Below, piece after piece: positions 21,282-33,508 of a stretch of DNA of 64,000 nucleotides; the first letter of the stretch is position 1; every line of letters begins with the position of its first letter. The notes beneath the pieces were generated by a model. The model saw only the letters and a program-made list of their open reading frames with translations. It searched no databases and had not been told where the DNA came from. This DNA is from Cyanobacteriota bacterium (GTDB lineage Bacteria > Cyanobacteriota > Cyanobacteriia > Cyanobacteriales > Nostocaceae), in assembly GCA_046045965.1 (NCBI GenBank), contig JBJOKS010000023.1:1-64000 (forward strand), written 5' to 3'. Position numbers and translations under genes: made by a program.

Positions 21282-22937
21282 TCAAATACCATGACTTTTA
21301 CCAACCACCCAATGACGACGGAAAAAGCGAGATAACGTAGACTCTTCCAAAGATAAATAAATTGGTCTACCATGTGGACAAGTCAGAGGGTTGCGGGTAC
21401 GTTGCCAATCATCTAATAATTGCTGCATTTCTGGTAAACTCAGGGGTGTACCATTGCGAATAGCACTGCGACAAGCAACAGCAACCTGGGCGGTTTGTAA
21501 GTCTCCTCCTAAACTTAATTCTAAAAGTGCTTCGGCGTTGTCTTCCCGTTGTTTTAACATCGCGGGAATTGTACGCACAGCCCAAAGTTTTTCCCCAAAG
21601 GGTTCAATATCTAAGTTAATTCTTTGTAGTTGGGCAACCTGAGAGGGTAATAATTGATAAAGAATAATTGGTGTTTCTACAGGTACGATTTCCCATTGAT
21701 CACATAGTTGTTCATACAAAACTCTTTCATGGGCTATGTGTTGTTCTACTAACCACATTCCTCCTGAATGTTCGGCAATAATATACATATTGCTAACTTG
21801 GGCAACTGCTTTTAAGTAATTCTGGGTTTTGCTATCTGCATTTTTAGAATTAAAGTTATAACTGCCTTTTTTTTCGGAAACTTTGAGTAAGTTACTTACT
21901 CGCGTGGTGAGAACTGATTCTTTTAAATTAGCTTCAGAAATGTAGAATGCTTGGTTAATAGTTTCGCTGATTTTTTCTTGCCAAGAATTGATTTCATTGA
22001 GATAAATTTCTGATTTATAAGGGTTACGATTCCAGTTAATTTGGTCAGGAGAAATTGTCAGATGTAAGAAACAAACAGGATAGCGATCGCGTGGTAATGT
22101 TTTATGAAATGCTGAAAAAATCGTTTGTTCTAACTCTGGTGATTTAATCATTCTACCATTAATTGCTACCTTCACCCAATCAGGTTTATGACGGTGACAT
22201 CTATCTGGTAAACCAATTACTAAGGTAATTGTAGATTTCGGATTAGGTATTTCTATTTTTAATTCTTTTAAATCACCTTGTTTGACTTGGGGGAGAATTT
22301 GCGGTATTAATTTACCTACACTTGATGCAGGACAAATAGTGAACCATTCCCGATCATTTTGCCAAACTTGAAAGGTAATATGAGGATGACACAAAGCAAT
22401 TTGTTGAATTATCCCTTGTACAGCTTTCATTTGCTGTGTAGGGTGAGGTAAACCTTGACGACGTGCGGGACAATTAGCAAATAAATTATCAACAGTAACT
22501 ACAGTACCAGGAGCGATCGCAGTTATTTCCTTTTTTACAACTTCCCCATCATTTCCATAAACAACTCGCCATCCTTCATTTATACCCACAGCACGGCTGA
22601 AAATTTCCAAATCTGCTAAAGTTGTTAAACTATGTAACGCTTCACCACGAAAACCTAAACTCGTAATTTTCCACAAATCATCAGGAGAATTAATTTTACT
22701 GGTACTATGTGCAGTTGCGGCTTGTTGCAAATCATCTAAATTCATTCCGCAACCATTATCAGCTACACGCACTCGCCAATTTTGCGGCCATAAAGAAACC
22801 ACAATGCGCGTTGCACCAGCGTCTAGGGAATTTTCTACTAATTCCCGGACTACAGAACCAAAACCATCAATTACCTCTCCAGCCGTAATTAAATATACGA
22901 CTTCTGTAGATAAAGGTTGAATAGGAGATGCCATCAT
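21282..22937 (-). CDS. mutL: DNA mismatch repair protein MutL
   Basis: AGEVI, ELVENSLDAGA, DNGCGM, TSK, LGFRGEAL; endonuclease motifs EQHIAHERVLYE, ACR, CPHGRP. Confidence 0.96.
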   Translation of the reverse strand: MMASPIQPLSTEVVYLITAGEVIDGFGSVVRELVENSLDAGATRIVVSLWPQNWRVRVADNGCGMNLDDLQQAATAHSTSKINSPDDLWKITSLGFRGEALHSLTTLADLEIFSRAVGINEGWRVVYGNDGEVVKKEITAIAPGTVVTVDNLFANCPARRQGLPHPTQQMKAVQGIIQQIALCHPHITFQVWQNDREWFTICPASSVGKLIPQILPQVKQGDLKELKIEIPNPKSTITLVIGLPDRCHRHKPDWVKVAINGRMIKSPELEQTIFSAFHKTLPRDRYPVCFLHLTISPDQINWNRNPYKSEIYLNEINSWQEKISETINQAFYISEANLKESVLTTRVSNLLKVSEKKGSYNFNSKNADSKTQNYLKAVAQVSNMYIIAEHSGGMWLVEQHIAHERVLYEQLCDQWEIVPVETPIILYQLLPSQVAQLQRINLDIEPFGEKLWAVRTIPAMLKQREDNAEALLELSLGGDLQTAQVAVACRSAIRNGTPLSLPEMQQLLDDWQRTRNPLTCPHGRPIYLSLEESTLSRFFRRHWVVGKSHGI

Positions 22938-23150
22938 GAATAATTAAAAATTACAAATTAATTAAAAATTAAAATTGCCTGTATGTGCAGAAAATTAGCT
23001 TACAATATTTTGACTCATAAATCCCAAGTTTTGATGTTCGGAATTTTGTTAGCTAACAACTCTAAAGAATTTGAGATTTATCCTAAAGAAAACCGAATTA
23101 TAGAGTTATTTTTGATAAATTGCTGGTGAGGTTGTAAGCGGGGAAAGCTT

Positions 23151-23477
23151 ATGAGTAGTTTAGTTGCTGATGTTCATGATTTGAAATCGCGTCTCGAATG
23201 GGGTCAACCCGCTTTTACAATTATTGATGTGCGCGATCGCCATACCTACAATCATGGTCATATTACTGGGGCAATGTCAATTCCCTTAGATGACTTGGCT
23301 GACCGTGCTAAAACCAGCTTACAAAAAGAACGCCACATCTACATTTATGGCGAACATGATACCCAAGCAGCCTATGCAGCCCAAATATTACGCTCTGCTG
23401 GGTTTAATGATGTATTTGTCATTCAAGGTGGTTTGACTGCTTGGAAAACAGTGGGTGGCGCTACAGAAGGCGTTTAA
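23151..23477 (+). CDS. rhodanese-like domain protein
   Basis: IIDVRD..YNHGHITGA, GGLTAW; active-site position reads YG, so probably non-catalytic. Confidence 0.88.
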   Translation: MSSLVADVHDLKSRLEWGQPAFTIIDVRDRHTYNHGHITGAMSIPLDDLADRAKTSLQKERHIYIYGEHDTQAAYAAQILRSAGFNDVFVIQGGLTAWKTVGGATEGV

Positions 23478-23540
23478 CAGTTAACAAACAATCAGATCCC
23501 CGACTTCTAAAAAATTTCGGGGATCTAATTTCATTATAAT

Positions 23541-24575
23541 TTAGACCAAAACTTTATCAGGTTCAGGTTTCAACAAACCACTTAATAAAGATGCCGGACG
23601 TTGTTCATGTGGCCAAGCAAAAGCATGACGAAAAGCTGCATCCTGACAAGCTTGAAGCTGTTGAAAATTAATAATGTCGTAAGTCAACAGATTTTCATAT
23701 TCAAAGGGTAAACGGACATTATGTAAACCTGCGTTATCAGTACAGATGGCAATATCAACCCCCGCTGCAAAACATCTATCAAAAACTAACTTTAATTGGC
23801 GAATATCCTGTAAAGTTCCTGTTTTTAAATAAGTCGTAGGACAAACTTCTAAACATTGCCCCCGTTGCGCTAAATCTGGTAATAATTCCGGGTAAAGTAA
23901 AGGAATTTGGATACCGTGACCAATTCGCATTAAATAAGGTAAAAGTTCTGGATAGCAACCATCTTTGGTTTCGTAAAGATGTCCGGTAGTATTCAAACCT
24001 TGAGAACGGGCATAATTATATAAACTAATCCATTCTGGCATTCTTTCAGCATAATAGCGATCGCCCCCTGCCACATCCACAGCACAGACATACTCTCTAT
24101 TTTGCGCTGCTAAATCAACAATAGCCTTATTTACCTCATAAGGTAAACGGGAGTGCATACAGAGAATTTGACTATTAACAATGGGATATTCTAAAGAACG
24201 ACTAGCTTTACCCACAATTTCCACAATTTCCGCCATCTTATCAATTCTTGCGTTTTGATTTAGATATTCAGGAGTGCGTAAATAGGGAGTATAACGTAAT
24301 TCTAAATAAGCCAAGTTTTCAAAGATATACGCACCACGCAACAAGCGATAGATAAAGTAAGGTAATGTTTCCACAGTTTGCACACTTTCAACTAAAGTAT
24401 GCAGTTCTAGATACTCATCTAAAGTATTACGAGGACGGGTGTAAAAGTCCTCAAATTCCGAATATTCAGCAAAACGAGCAATTAAATCTGTAGCATGGCG
24501 CTCAAAATACCGCCACAACACACGGGGGACGACGGAACCCCCCAGGTGTCTATGTAACTCAGCGTATAAGGCCAT
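23541..24575 (-). CDS. adenosine deaminase family protein
   Basis: AELHRHLGGS, YLELRY, HLYE, RIGHG, LEVCPT, CTDN. Confidence 0.88.
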   Translation of the reverse strand: MALYAELHRHLGGSVVPRVLWRYFERHATDLIARFAEYSEFEDFYTRPRNTLDEYLELHTLVESVQTVETLPYFIYRLLRGAYIFENLAYLELRYTPYLRTPEYLNQNARIDKMAEIVEIVGKASRSLEYPIVNSQILCMHSRLPYEVNKAIVDLAAQNREYVCAVDVAGGDRYYAERMPEWISLYNYARSQGLNTTGHLYETKDGCYPELLPYLMRIGHGIQIPLLYPELLPDLAQRGQCLEVCPTTYLKTGTLQDIRQLKLVFDRCFAAGVDIAICTDNAGLHNVRLPFEYENLLTYDIINFQQLQACQDAAFRHAFAWPHEQRPASLLSGLLKPEPDKVLV

Positions 24576-24913
24576 AATGGTAATTTTTATCTAAAAATTT
24601 CATCAATTGTAACAAAAATTATAAATAAAACAATCTATATCCTTAGAAAGATTCTTGTTTTTGTATAGAATCGCAAAAGTGTCTGAATCAGGATTTACAG
24701 GATTTAAGGATTTACAGGATTTTATTTGCAAGCAAAGGCGCTTCAGACACAGAGAGAAAGGCAGTTAGTCTACCAAGGTATAAATTTATTTGTGTTTATC
24801 TGCTTTTATCCTCTTATATCTGCGGTTAATTCTGAATTCTTGCACTTTCCGAAACATAAATTACCTCTATTGAATCAAATAAATAACAAATTGACTAAAT
24901 AAACAGATTGAGT

Positions 24914-27900
24914 CTAAGTAACAATCAAGGATGATAAAGTATTCAGCAACTCATTCGCCGTGTAAGGTTTTGACAAAAATGCGATCGCACCAGCCCCAAT
25001 AACTCTATTATTATCAGTGGGTAAACCGCTGGTGGCAATAATTTTGACTTGAGGATTGATAGCTCGCAAAGTACGGATAGCAGTTAACCCATCCATGTTA
25101 GGCATGATCATATCCATCAAGACGACACCGATATCCTTTTGGTACTCAGCATAGAGAGCGATCGCTTCAATGCCATCATTAGCAATCAAAGTTCTGTAAT
25201 TATAATTTTCTAATGCTGCCTTGGTAGTTTGCAGCACCACTACTTCATCATCTACAAGCAAAATTAACTCTCCATGACCTTGGGGCAAATCTTCTTTTAC
25301 CGTTAGCTCAGTTATCGTACCTTCAGCTATCGGCAAATACACGCAAAATTGAGTACCTTTACCAGCTTCACTTCCTACCTTAATAAACCCATCGTGGTTC
25401 TTAATAATACCGAAAACTGTTGATAGCCCTAGTCCTGTTCCTTGACCAACCTCTTTTGTCGTAAAAAATGGCTCAAAGATGTGTTCCAAAATTTCTGGGG
25501 GAATTCCTATCCCTGTATCTGAGACAGTAATCACAACATAGTTTCCCGCATGAGCATCAAGGTGCATCCGGGAGTATGTTTCGTCAATAAACTTATTTTC
25601 AGCAGCAATTTTCAAAATGCCACCATTGGGCATGGAATCACGAGCATTAACCGCCAAGTTCATCAAAACTTGTTCTAGTTGGGTGCGATCTGCTTTTAGC
25701 ATCCACAAAGTATCTTTGGGAATATCACTCTGAATTTCAATTGACTTGGGAAATGTCTGTTTGATAACTTGTACTACTGCATTGAGCAAATGTTCAGGTT
25801 GTAATAAAGTGCGTTTTCCTTCCGTACCACGGGCAAAGGTGAGAATTTGTTTAACTAAGTTAGCTCCACGCTTAGAGCTATTTTCTAGTGAGTTAAACAA
25901 TTCTTGAGTACGTGCATCAACATTTTTTAGTTGTAACCGCAGTAATTGAGCAATCATCAAAATGGGAGTAAAAACGTTATTCAGGTCATGAGCAATGCCA
26001 CTGGCTAGAGTTCCTAAGCTCTCCAATCTTTGGGCGCGGTAAAATTGTTTTTCTAATAGTTTCTTCTCAGTAATATCTGTGTTAACAACTAAAATAGATT
26101 GGGGTTGTCCCGATTCATCCCTTACCAATGTCCATCTACTAGCAACAATAATTTCTTGACCCGTTTTGGTGATTTGCTCTAACTCCCCATTCCAAAAACC
26201 TGTTTCAAGAGTAGTCTTTAAACCTGCTTCTAGTTTAGCTAAGGATTCTTTGTAGAAAAATTCATGAACTTTTTTCCCCAAAGCTTCTTCAGCAGTCCAA
26301 CCATACAAGCGTTGAGAACCCTGACTCCAGAACAGAATACGGTTTTCTAAATCACGAACAAAAATTGCATCGGTAGCAATATCAATTAAAGCTGCTTGTT
26401 CTTGGATTTTCTTCTCTGCCTGTTTGCGCTGAGTAATATCAGTAGAAATACCACAAACTGCATAGGGTTTACCAGAAGCATCACACAAAGGAAACTTGAC
26501 AGTTAAGTAAGTATAAACTTGATTATTAAAAGTAGCTACTTCCTCAAATTCCAAAGGTTTGATAGTATCAATCACCTGTTGATCGTTACTGACAAACATA
26601 TCAGCTATATTGGCAGGAAATAGATCATGATTAGTTTTATTTTTAGCTTGCTCCCGTGTAATGTGAGTTAATCTTTCAAATTCCGAGTTGACAAGAATAT
26701 GACGACCCTGGATATCTTTCACATAAATAACAGCAGGGCAATTATCTAAAATTGCCTGTAACCGTTGCTCACTGGCTCGTAAATTTTCCTCTGCTTGTTT
26801 GCGATCCGTAATATCTGTCACCATTGCCAAAGCACTATCATATTCACCGTTCTCATCAAAAATGGGAACGGCTGAGACAATTGCCCACATTTTGGAGCCA
26901 TCTCGATGACGGAATTGGAAATCGTGCTGTTCTTTAATTCCTTGTTTGCGTTTTTCCAAAAGCTGCAAAGCCAATTCTTGCTGTTCTTGATCCATAAATT
27001 CCAGAAAGGATTTTCCCAGCATTTCATCAACTGTATAACCAAGCATTTGTGCCATTTGTTCATTGACAAAACAGGTCTTTCCTTCTTTATCTATTAACCA
27101 CACTCCTTCTGTGGCAGTATCTAGAATGCGACGACACTCGGCTTCACTTTGGCGCAATAAATCCTCTGTTTGCTTGCGATGGGTGATATCCATATTCACG
27201 CCCAACATCCGCACTGGTTGATCAGTTTCATCGTAGAAGACTTTAGCCTTACAGAGCGACCAGCACGCTGTACCATCAGGTTTCATAAACCGAAATTCGA
27301 TTTCATAGGGTGCATGGTGTTGAATAGCCCGCATCACCGACTGATTTAAAAATTCTCGGTCTTCAGGATGGACAAACTTTAAAAAAGTTTCATACCTCCC
27401 ATCAAACATATCGGGAGTAATGCCAAATAAAGAATACAGATTACTTGACCAAATTACCTCATTAGTCTTGAGATTCCAGTCCCAAATGGCAGCACCACCA
27501 GCCCAGAGCGCAAGTTGCAGTCGTTCCTCACTTTCTTTGTATATTCCATCTTGCTGTTTGCGTTCAGTAATATCCCGAATTACAGCCAACCAGCCAGTAT
27601 GAGTACCATGCTCATCTTTCATGCTGCTGACTGATGATTCAACGTGGATAACTTCTCCACTGCTTTTGATATGAATATTTTCGCCTTGCCATTTACCTGT
27701 GGTTGTCAACGAATTGAGTGCAGCTTGTTCATCTTCCGGCTTCAGCCATTGATACTGGTAACATTCTTGTAAATTACGACCTAATACATCCTCTGCCATT
27801 AACCCATAGAGCCGCTCTGCTGCTGGATTCCAATAAGTGATGCATTCTTCAGTATCAACAGCAATGACTGCATCACTAACCTGAGCGAGAATACCAAGGT

Positions 27901-27937
27901 GAAATGAGATTTCCAGTGAAGTCTGTTGATTTGGCAT
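24914..27937 (-). CDS. multi-PAS hybrid sensor histidine kinase/response regulator
   Basis: repeated PAS/PAC units ending DITxRK; H-box [33 protein letters not shown]; receiver LMDMIMP. Confidence 0.93.
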   Translation of the reverse strand: MPNQQTSLEISFHLGILAQVSDAVIAVDTEECITYWNPAAERLYGLMAEDVLGRNLQECYQYQWLKPEDEQAALNSLTTTGKWQGENIHIKSSGEVIHVESSVSSMKDEHGTHTGWLAVIRDITERKQQDGIYKESEERLQLALWAGGAAIWDWNLKTNEVIWSSNLYSLFGITPDMFDGRYETFLKFVHPEDREFLNQSVMRAIQHHAPYEIEFRFMKPDGTACWSLCKAKVFYDETDQPVRMLGVNMDITHRKQTEDLLRQSEAECRRILDTATEGVWLIDKEGKTCFVNEQMAQMLGYTVDEMLGKSFLEFMDQEQQELALQLLEKRKQGIKEQHDFQFRHRDGSKMWAIVSAVPIFDENGEYDSALAMVTDITDRKQAEENLRASEQRLQAILDNCPAVIYVKDIQGRHILVNSEFERLTHITREQAKNKTNHDLFPANIADMFVSNDQQVIDTIKPLEFEEVATFNNQVYTYLTVKFPLCDASGKPYAVCGISTDITQRKQAEKKIQEQAALIDIATDAIFVRDLENRILFWSQGSQRLYGWTAEEALGKKVHEFFYKESLAKLEAGLKTTLETGFWNGELEQITKTGQEIIVASRWTLVRDESGQPQSILVVNTDITEKKLLEKQFYRAQRLESLGTLASGIAHDLNNVFTPILMIAQLLRLQLKNVDARTQELFNSLENSSKRGANLVKQILTFARGTEGKRTLLQPEHLLNAVVQVIKQTFPKSIEIQSDIPKDTLWMLKADRTQLEQVLMNLAVNARDSMPNGGILKIAAENKFIDETYSRMHLDAHAGNYVVITVSDTGIGIPPEILEHIFEPFFTTKEVGQGTGLGLSTVFGIIKNHDGFIKVGSEAGKGTQFCVYLPIAEGTITELTVKEDLPQGHGELILLVDDEVVVLQTTKAALENYNYRTLIANDGIEAIALYAEYQKDIGVVLMDMIMPNMDGLTAIRTLRAINPQVKIIATSGLPTDNNRVIGAGAIAFLSKPYTANELLNTLSSLIVT

Positions 27938-28230
27938 AGATACCCTAAATTCAGGTCATACAAACCCTAAAAAGCTATTTTTATATTCGTAATCACAGAT
28001 AAGAGACAATAAATAAATTTTTATGGCTTTATTTCTCTATTTTGTGCATATATTTCCAGAAAATTAGGATTTTAATTAAAGATTAGGTACTGATAAATGT
28101 GTGTTTCTACTTTTGTGGATATCAATTTAATTATAATTAGATTGAGTCTCCCCAGTTTTTCAAACAATCCCTAGTAGTATGTCAAAAACGGGTTCATTTT
28201 TTAACACCTAAGTGAAATTAAAAACAAATA

Positions 28231-28342
<112 letters not shown>

Positions 28343-28514
28343 CAACATACTAACCCACGCTACAGCAGCAGACACAGATACAAAATTCTCCCAATCTCAC
28401 CCTTCCCGACCGGCAAAGGAAAAAATTTTATAGAAATTTAACTATTTGTACCAACAATTTGATAACTTAGTACATAGTTTGCAACAATATTTATAAATTA
28501 CGGAAGGAATCACG

Positions 28515-29699
28515 TTGAGTTACCATCCAGATGCGATCGCCCCCCACGGCGGAGAGCTAATTAACCGGGTTGCTACACCAGAACAAAGAGAAATATTTCT
28601 CTCCAAAGCTGACTTTCTGCCACGAGTGACACTTGATGAGCGAGCCGTTTCCGATTTAGAAATGATCGCCATTGGTGGTTTTAGTCCGCTGACTGGTTTC
28701 ATGAACCAAGCCGACTATAATCGCGTAGTCATAGAAATGCGGTTGGCTAACGGTGTTGTGTGGTCAATCCCCATTACACTATCTGTCACAGAAGAAGTTG
28801 CAACCCCTCTCCAAATAGGTGGTTTAGTGCGTCTGGATAACCCCAGAGGCGAGTTTATTGGGGTTTTGGAACTGAGCGAAAAATACACCTACGACAAACA
28901 ACGCGAAGCCATCAATGTCTATCGCACAGATGAAGCTAAACACCCTGGAGTTCAGGTAGTATATAACCAAGGTTCTGTGAATCTGGCTGGGGATATCTGG
29001 TTACTGCAACGTGATTCTCATCCCCAGTTTCCCAGCTACCAAATTGATCCCGCCGCTTCCCGGCAAATGTTTAGAGAAAAGGGCTGGAAAACTATCGTCG
29101 GGTTCCAAACTCGCAACCCTATCCACCGCGCCCATGAATATATTCAAAAGTGCGCCTTGGAAACAGTAGATGGTCTATTTTTACACCCATTGGTAGGCGC
29201 AACCAAAGAAGACGATATTGCTGCGGATGTGCGGATGCGTTGCTATGAAATTCTCATGGAACATTATTACCCCTTAGATAGAGTAATATTAGCTATCAAC
29301 CCAGCCGCCATGCGTTATGCAGGACCAAGGGAAGCTATTTTCCATGCTTTAGTTCGCAAGAATTACGGCTGTACGCATTTTATAGTTGGGCGCGATCATG
29401 CTGGTGTAGGTGACTACTACGGCACTTATGATGCTCAATATATATTTGATGAATTTGCGCCGCAAGAACTGGGCATTGTGCCAATGATGTTTGAACACGC
29501 TTTCTACTGCACACGCACCAAACAAATGGCAACAACTAAAACCAGTCCTAGCAAACCAGAAGAACGGGTTCACCTATCGGGTACAAAAGTCCGGGAAATG
29601 CTGCGTCGTGGTGAGTTACCACCTCCAGAATTTTCTCGTCCTGAAGTAGCAGCCGAGTTAGCGCGAGCAATGTCTATCCCGCAACCAGCATTGGTTTAA
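28515..29699 (+). CDS. sat: sulfate adenylyltransferase
   Basis: [48 protein letters not shown]. Confidence 0.97.
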   Translation: MSYHPDAIAPHGGELINRVATPEQREIFLSKADFLPRVTLDERAVSDLEMIAIGGFSPLTGFMNQADYNRVVIEMRLANGVVWSIPITLSVTEEVATPLQIGGLVRLDNPRGEFIGVLELSEKYTYDKQREAINVYRTDEAKHPGVQVVYNQGSVNLAGDIWLLQRDSHPQFPSYQIDPAASRQMFREKGWKTIVGFQTRNPIHRAHEYIQKCALETVDGLFLHPLVGATKEDDIAADVRMRCYEILMEHYYPLDRVILAINPAAMRYAGPREAIFHALVRKNYGCTHFIVGRDHAGVGDYYGTYDAQYIFDEFAPQELGIVPMMFEHAFYCTRTKQMATTKTSPSKPEERVHLSGTKVREMLRRGELPPPEFSRPEVAAELARAMSIPQPALV

Positions 29700-29798
29700 A
29701 GCTGATGGAAAAGTCGCAAAAAGTATAATCTCAAACTTTACTCTCTAGCCCTCAGCCCTTTAAGCTGTTAGCTGATGGACTGAGGGCTGATGCTAATT

Positions 29799-31934
29799 AT
29801 GAAACGGCGTGCGTTTTTAGAACGAATTGGCTCCATACTGGCAATCTTGGGATTGACTCAAGCTGAGTGGTTGACTTTGGGAAATCGCTATTATCAAGCT
29901 TTAGCAGCACCCAACTCCCGTAAGTTGGCATTGTTAATAGGTATCAATCAATATCCACAAAGTCCCGCCCTTGCTGGTTGTCTGACTGATGTGGAATTGC
30001 AAAGGGAACTGTTAATTAACCGCTTTGGCTTTGCAGCTTCAGATATTCTCACTTTAACTGAGGAAGAAGCCAGTCGAGAATTTATTGAGTCCGCTTTTGT
30101 TGATCACTTGGGTAAACAAGCAAAAGCTGAGGATGTGGTGATATTCCACTTTAGCGGCTATGGTAGTCGTGTCAAATTGGGGAATTTCCCAGAGACTGTA
30201 CAAAATGCTCTGATTCCAGTTGATCAAAATACACAGAATGGTATAGTTGTCAACTATTTATTAGAAGAAACTCTTTTACTATTATTGCGATCGCTCCCCA
30301 CAGACCGAGTAACGGCAGTATTAGATACTAGTTACTATGCTAAAAGCACATCACAGCCCTCTGGTTTGCGATTTCGCGCCCGCCCGGAACCACCGACAGC
30401 AAAGTTAGCACCTCAAGAACTGGAGTTGCTCCAATACCTGCAAACGCAGAACTCAGCCGTTAACAATGCAATGGTGCTAAAAGCAACTTTAGAGCCAAAT
30501 CAACCAGCGGGAGAATTGGTGTTTTCTGGTTTCAGTGCGGGTTTATTTACCTATGCTTTGACTCAATATCTCTGGGAAGTTACCCCAGCCACAACAATTC
30601 AAGTTATGCTCTCCCATAACAGTAGTTTCATGTACAAACTAGGTAGCGAACAGCAACCAGGGTTATTAAGTGAGAAGAAAAATCCTCAAAGTGCTGTAAT
30701 TACTGATAATTTCTCCATAGCAAGCACTGACGCGGAAGGAGTGGTGAGAACTACGGATGAGGAGGGTAAAACGGCGCAATTATGGTTAGGGGGAATACCC
30801 GCACAGGTTTGGCAATACTATGGCGTTGGTTCGAGATTGACTTTACCGACGGGAGAACAGTTAATCTTAAAGTCCCGTAATGGGTTAACTGCAAAAGCAC
30901 AAATATCCAGTCAAGATGCTACCAAATCCCTACAAGTTGGGCAACTGGTACAAGAAGCTGTGCGCGTGTTACCGCGAAATATTAATTTAACAGTAGCCTT
31001 AGATGCGGGATTAGAAAGAATTGAGCGTGTAGATGCTACCAGTGCCTTTGCGGCCATTACCCGGATGGTAAATATCGCCTCAGCAGAACAGGGTGCTGAT
31101 TACGTATTTGGTAAACTGCAAAATATCCCTAGTCGTTATGGTCTTTTTTCTCTTGGTGGTGAGCTAATACTGAATACTGCTGGGGAAGTTGGGGAAGCGG
31201 TGAAAATTGCAGTGCAGAGACTAACACCGAAATTTTCCACCTTGTTAGCAGCCAAGTTATGGCGACTGACAGAAAATCAAGGTTCTTCGCGGTTAGCGGT
31301 GAAAGCGAGTTTAGAAATTATTAGTAAAATCTCACCCCGTGTAGTTATGCAGCGTCAGACATGGCGTAGTCGCAGTGGGGAAACTACAACTAACAAAGCA
31401 TTTACCGCCCCAGGAACAGCTATTCCTACAGTTCCCGTGGGCAGTAGGATGCAGTACCGAGTAGAAAATTTGAGCGATCGCCCCATTTATTTAATGTTAG
31501 TAGGGTTAAATAATACTAGAAGTGCGATCGCTTTTTATCCCTGGCAAATTTCCCCAGAAGCGGATATTTCTGAAACTAAACCCCATCTGCAAGAAATAGT
31601 CATTCCCCCAGGACAAACCCTAAAATTTCCCCAAAACGATGCTACCTTTGGCTGGTTGCTACCCACAAGAACTTTGTTTTGTGAACATCAACTAATTTTG
31701 GGTACATCTCCTTTCACTGAAACCTTGGCCGCTTTGGGAACTACTAAGTATCCCACTGCTGATCAACAGCCTATTAGTTCGCTAGTTAATGCCTTAGAAG
31801 TTGCCCAAGCTTTGCTGCAAGACTTACATAATGCTAGTAAGGTGAAAGCGGAAATGAATGGAACTGCTACTGACTCTTATGTATTGGATGTGAATAATTG
31901 GGCAGGTTTGAATTTTAGTTTTCAGGTGGTGTGA
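29799..31934 (+). CDS. caspase-family (C14) pseudo-orthocaspase with a DUF4384-like C-terminal region
   Basis: KLALLIGINQY, LAGCLTDV; catalytic positions read FSGYG and LDTSY; N-terminal KRRAFL. Confidence 0.85.
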   Translation: MKRRAFLERIGSILAILGLTQAEWLTLGNRYYQALAAPNSRKLALLIGINQYPQSPALAGCLTDVELQRELLINRFGFAASDILTLTEEEASREFIESAFVDHLGKQAKAEDVVIFHFSGYGSRVKLGNFPETVQNALIPVDQNTQNGIVVNYLLEETLLLLLRSLPTDRVTAVLDTSYYAKSTSQPSGLRFRARPEPPTAKLAPQELELLQYLQTQNSAVNNAMVLKATLEPNQPAGELVFSGFSAGLFTYALTQYLWEVTPATTIQVMLSHNSSFMYKLGSEQQPGLLSEKKNPQSAVITDNFSIASTDAEGVVRTTDEEGKTAQLWLGGIPAQVWQYYGVGSRLTLPTGEQLILKSRNGLTAKAQISSQDATKSLQVGQLVQEAVRVLPRNINLTVALDAGLERIERVDATSAFAAITRMVNIASAEQGADYVFGKLQNIPSRYGLFSLGGELILNTAGEVGEAVKIAVQRLTPKFSTLLAAKLWRLTENQGSSRLAVKASLEIISKISPRVVMQRQTWRSRSGETTTNKAFTAPGTAIPTVPVGSRMQYRVENLSDRPIYLMLVGLNNTRSAIAFYPWQISPEADISETKPHLQEIVIPPGQTLKFPQNDATFGWLLPTRTLFCEHQLILGTSPFTETLAALGTTKYPTADQQPISSLVNALEVAQALLQDLHNASKVKAEMNGTATDSYVLDVNNWAGLNFSFQVV

Positions 31935-32096
31935 GGAGGCAGGAGGCAGGAGGCAGGGGGCAGGGGGCAGGAGGCAGGAGGCAGGGGGCAGGAGGCAGGA
32001 GGCAGGGGGCAGGGGGCAGGGGAGAAAAGAGTTATTTAATTTTGACTTTTGACTTTTGACTTTTGACTTTTGACTTTTGACTTTTGACTTTTGACT
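31935..32096. repeat. STRR tracts (GGAGGCA/GGGGGCA)n and (TTTTGAC)n
   Basis: tandem heptamers between convergent genes. Confidence 0.93.
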
Positions 32097-32120
32097 TGAT
32101 CTTGCCCAATGCCCAATGCC

Positions 32121-32993
32121 CTATAAATACTTCTCTAACAACAAACCTAACTTCTCCTTAGTTGCTGCTGGTGCATTTGCTAAGTTCGTTAAAATCGCAT
32201 ATTTCAAAGCGGAATGGGCATCACTTGTAGGGGGGTTTTCACTTAGCCGCTTCACAGTTTCTTGAATTACTTTTTGAGCATTTACCGCATTACGTTGTAA
32301 ATTACCAATTACCATTTCTACAGTCACACTATCATGATCAGGATGCCAACAATCATAATCTGTGGCTAAAGCTAGGGTTGCATAAGCAATTTCCGCTTCT
32401 CTGGCTAATTTTGCTTCTGGTAAATTTGTCATGCCAATGACTGTAGCACCCCAACTGCGATAAAGATTTGATTCAGCTTTGGTGGAAAATGCAGGACCCT
32501 CCATACATACATAAGTACCTTCACGGTGAAGAGTGACATCTGGTAAATTTAAAGAAGCGATCGCCGAAGCTAAAATTGCCGCTAAATTTTTGCAAATTGG
32601 ATCACCAAATGCAATATGCGCGACAATTCCTTCACCAAAAAATGTCGAAATGCGATTCTTGGTTCTGTCAATAAACTGATCAGGTACTACCATATCTAGT
32701 GGTTTTACCTCTGCTTTCAACGAACCAACTGCACTGGCAGAAATTAAGTATTTTACCCCTAGTTGCTTCATGGCATAAATATTGGCACGGAATGGTAACT
32801 CAGAAGGTAATAAAGTATGATTACGACCATGACGCGCTAAAAAAGCAACTCTGTTTCCATCCAATGTCCCTAGAATTACTGCATCTGATGGCGAGCCAAA
32901 GGGTGTATTTACCTGTAATTCTTCCACATCTTTAAGAGCTTCCATTTTGTATAAACCACTGCCACCAATAATCCCAATCTCAGCTATTGCCAT
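32121..32993 (-). CDS. mtnP: S-methyl-5'-thioadenosine phosphorylase
   Basis: [48 protein letters not shown]. Confidence 0.95.
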   Translation of the reverse strand: MAIAEIGIIGGSGLYKMEALKDVEELQVNTPFGSPSDAVILGTLDGNRVAFLARHGRNHTLLPSELPFRANIYAMKQLGVKYLISASAVGSLKAEVKPLDMVVPDQFIDRTKNRISTFFGEGIVAHIAFGDPICKNLAAILASAIASLNLPDVTLHREGTYVCMEGPAFSTKAESNLYRSWGATVIGMTNLPEAKLAREAEIAYATLALATDYDCWHPDHDSVTVEMVIGNLQRNAVNAQKVIQETVKRLSENPPTSDAHSALKYAILTNLANAPAATKEKLGLLLEKYL

Positions 32994-33181
32994 ATTCTTA
33001 AACCTGTGAATTTTTAAACATTTAAGTTATTTTACCGAAAAAATGAATAGCCTAAAGCTACAAAGTAGCAATTCGTTTAATTTTATGGTGTTTCCGTAAA
33101 GCTACGAATGGAAACTTTATCAAAATTTGATATTTTATAATCAATCTAGCATCAAAAATATATAAACTGCGAGGAATAAAT

Positions 33182-33385
33182 ATGCAATTTATGGCTAACT
33201 CAGATCCAAGCAATTTAGAAGCAATATTGCAACGCATATTTGCCAACCGCCGAATTACGCGCCAAGATCAACATATCATGATGTCTAGTCTTCTGGCTAA
33301 AGAAGGTCTGAGTGAAGAAAACATTATGCAAATTAATCAAGTATTTGATGCTTTAAAAAGAGGATTAATTAGAGTGGTAGATTAA
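33182..33385 (+). CDS. small hypothetical protein
   Basis: 67 aa; RIFANRRITRQDQ...GLIRVVD resembles a small cyanobacterial protein family; function unknown. Confidence 0.7.
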   Translation: MQFMANSDPSNLEAILQRIFANRRITRQDQHIMMSSLLAKEGLSEENIMQINQVFDALKRGLIRVVD

Positions 33386-33508
33386 AATAGGTGAGAGAAT
33401 AGAGAATAGTAAATAGCTAGGGATTTTTTTAAAATAATCAAATTCCTCTATATTTGTTAATATTTCTGATGAAAAACAAATATTAAAATAGGGCAAGTCT
33501 TGATCACT

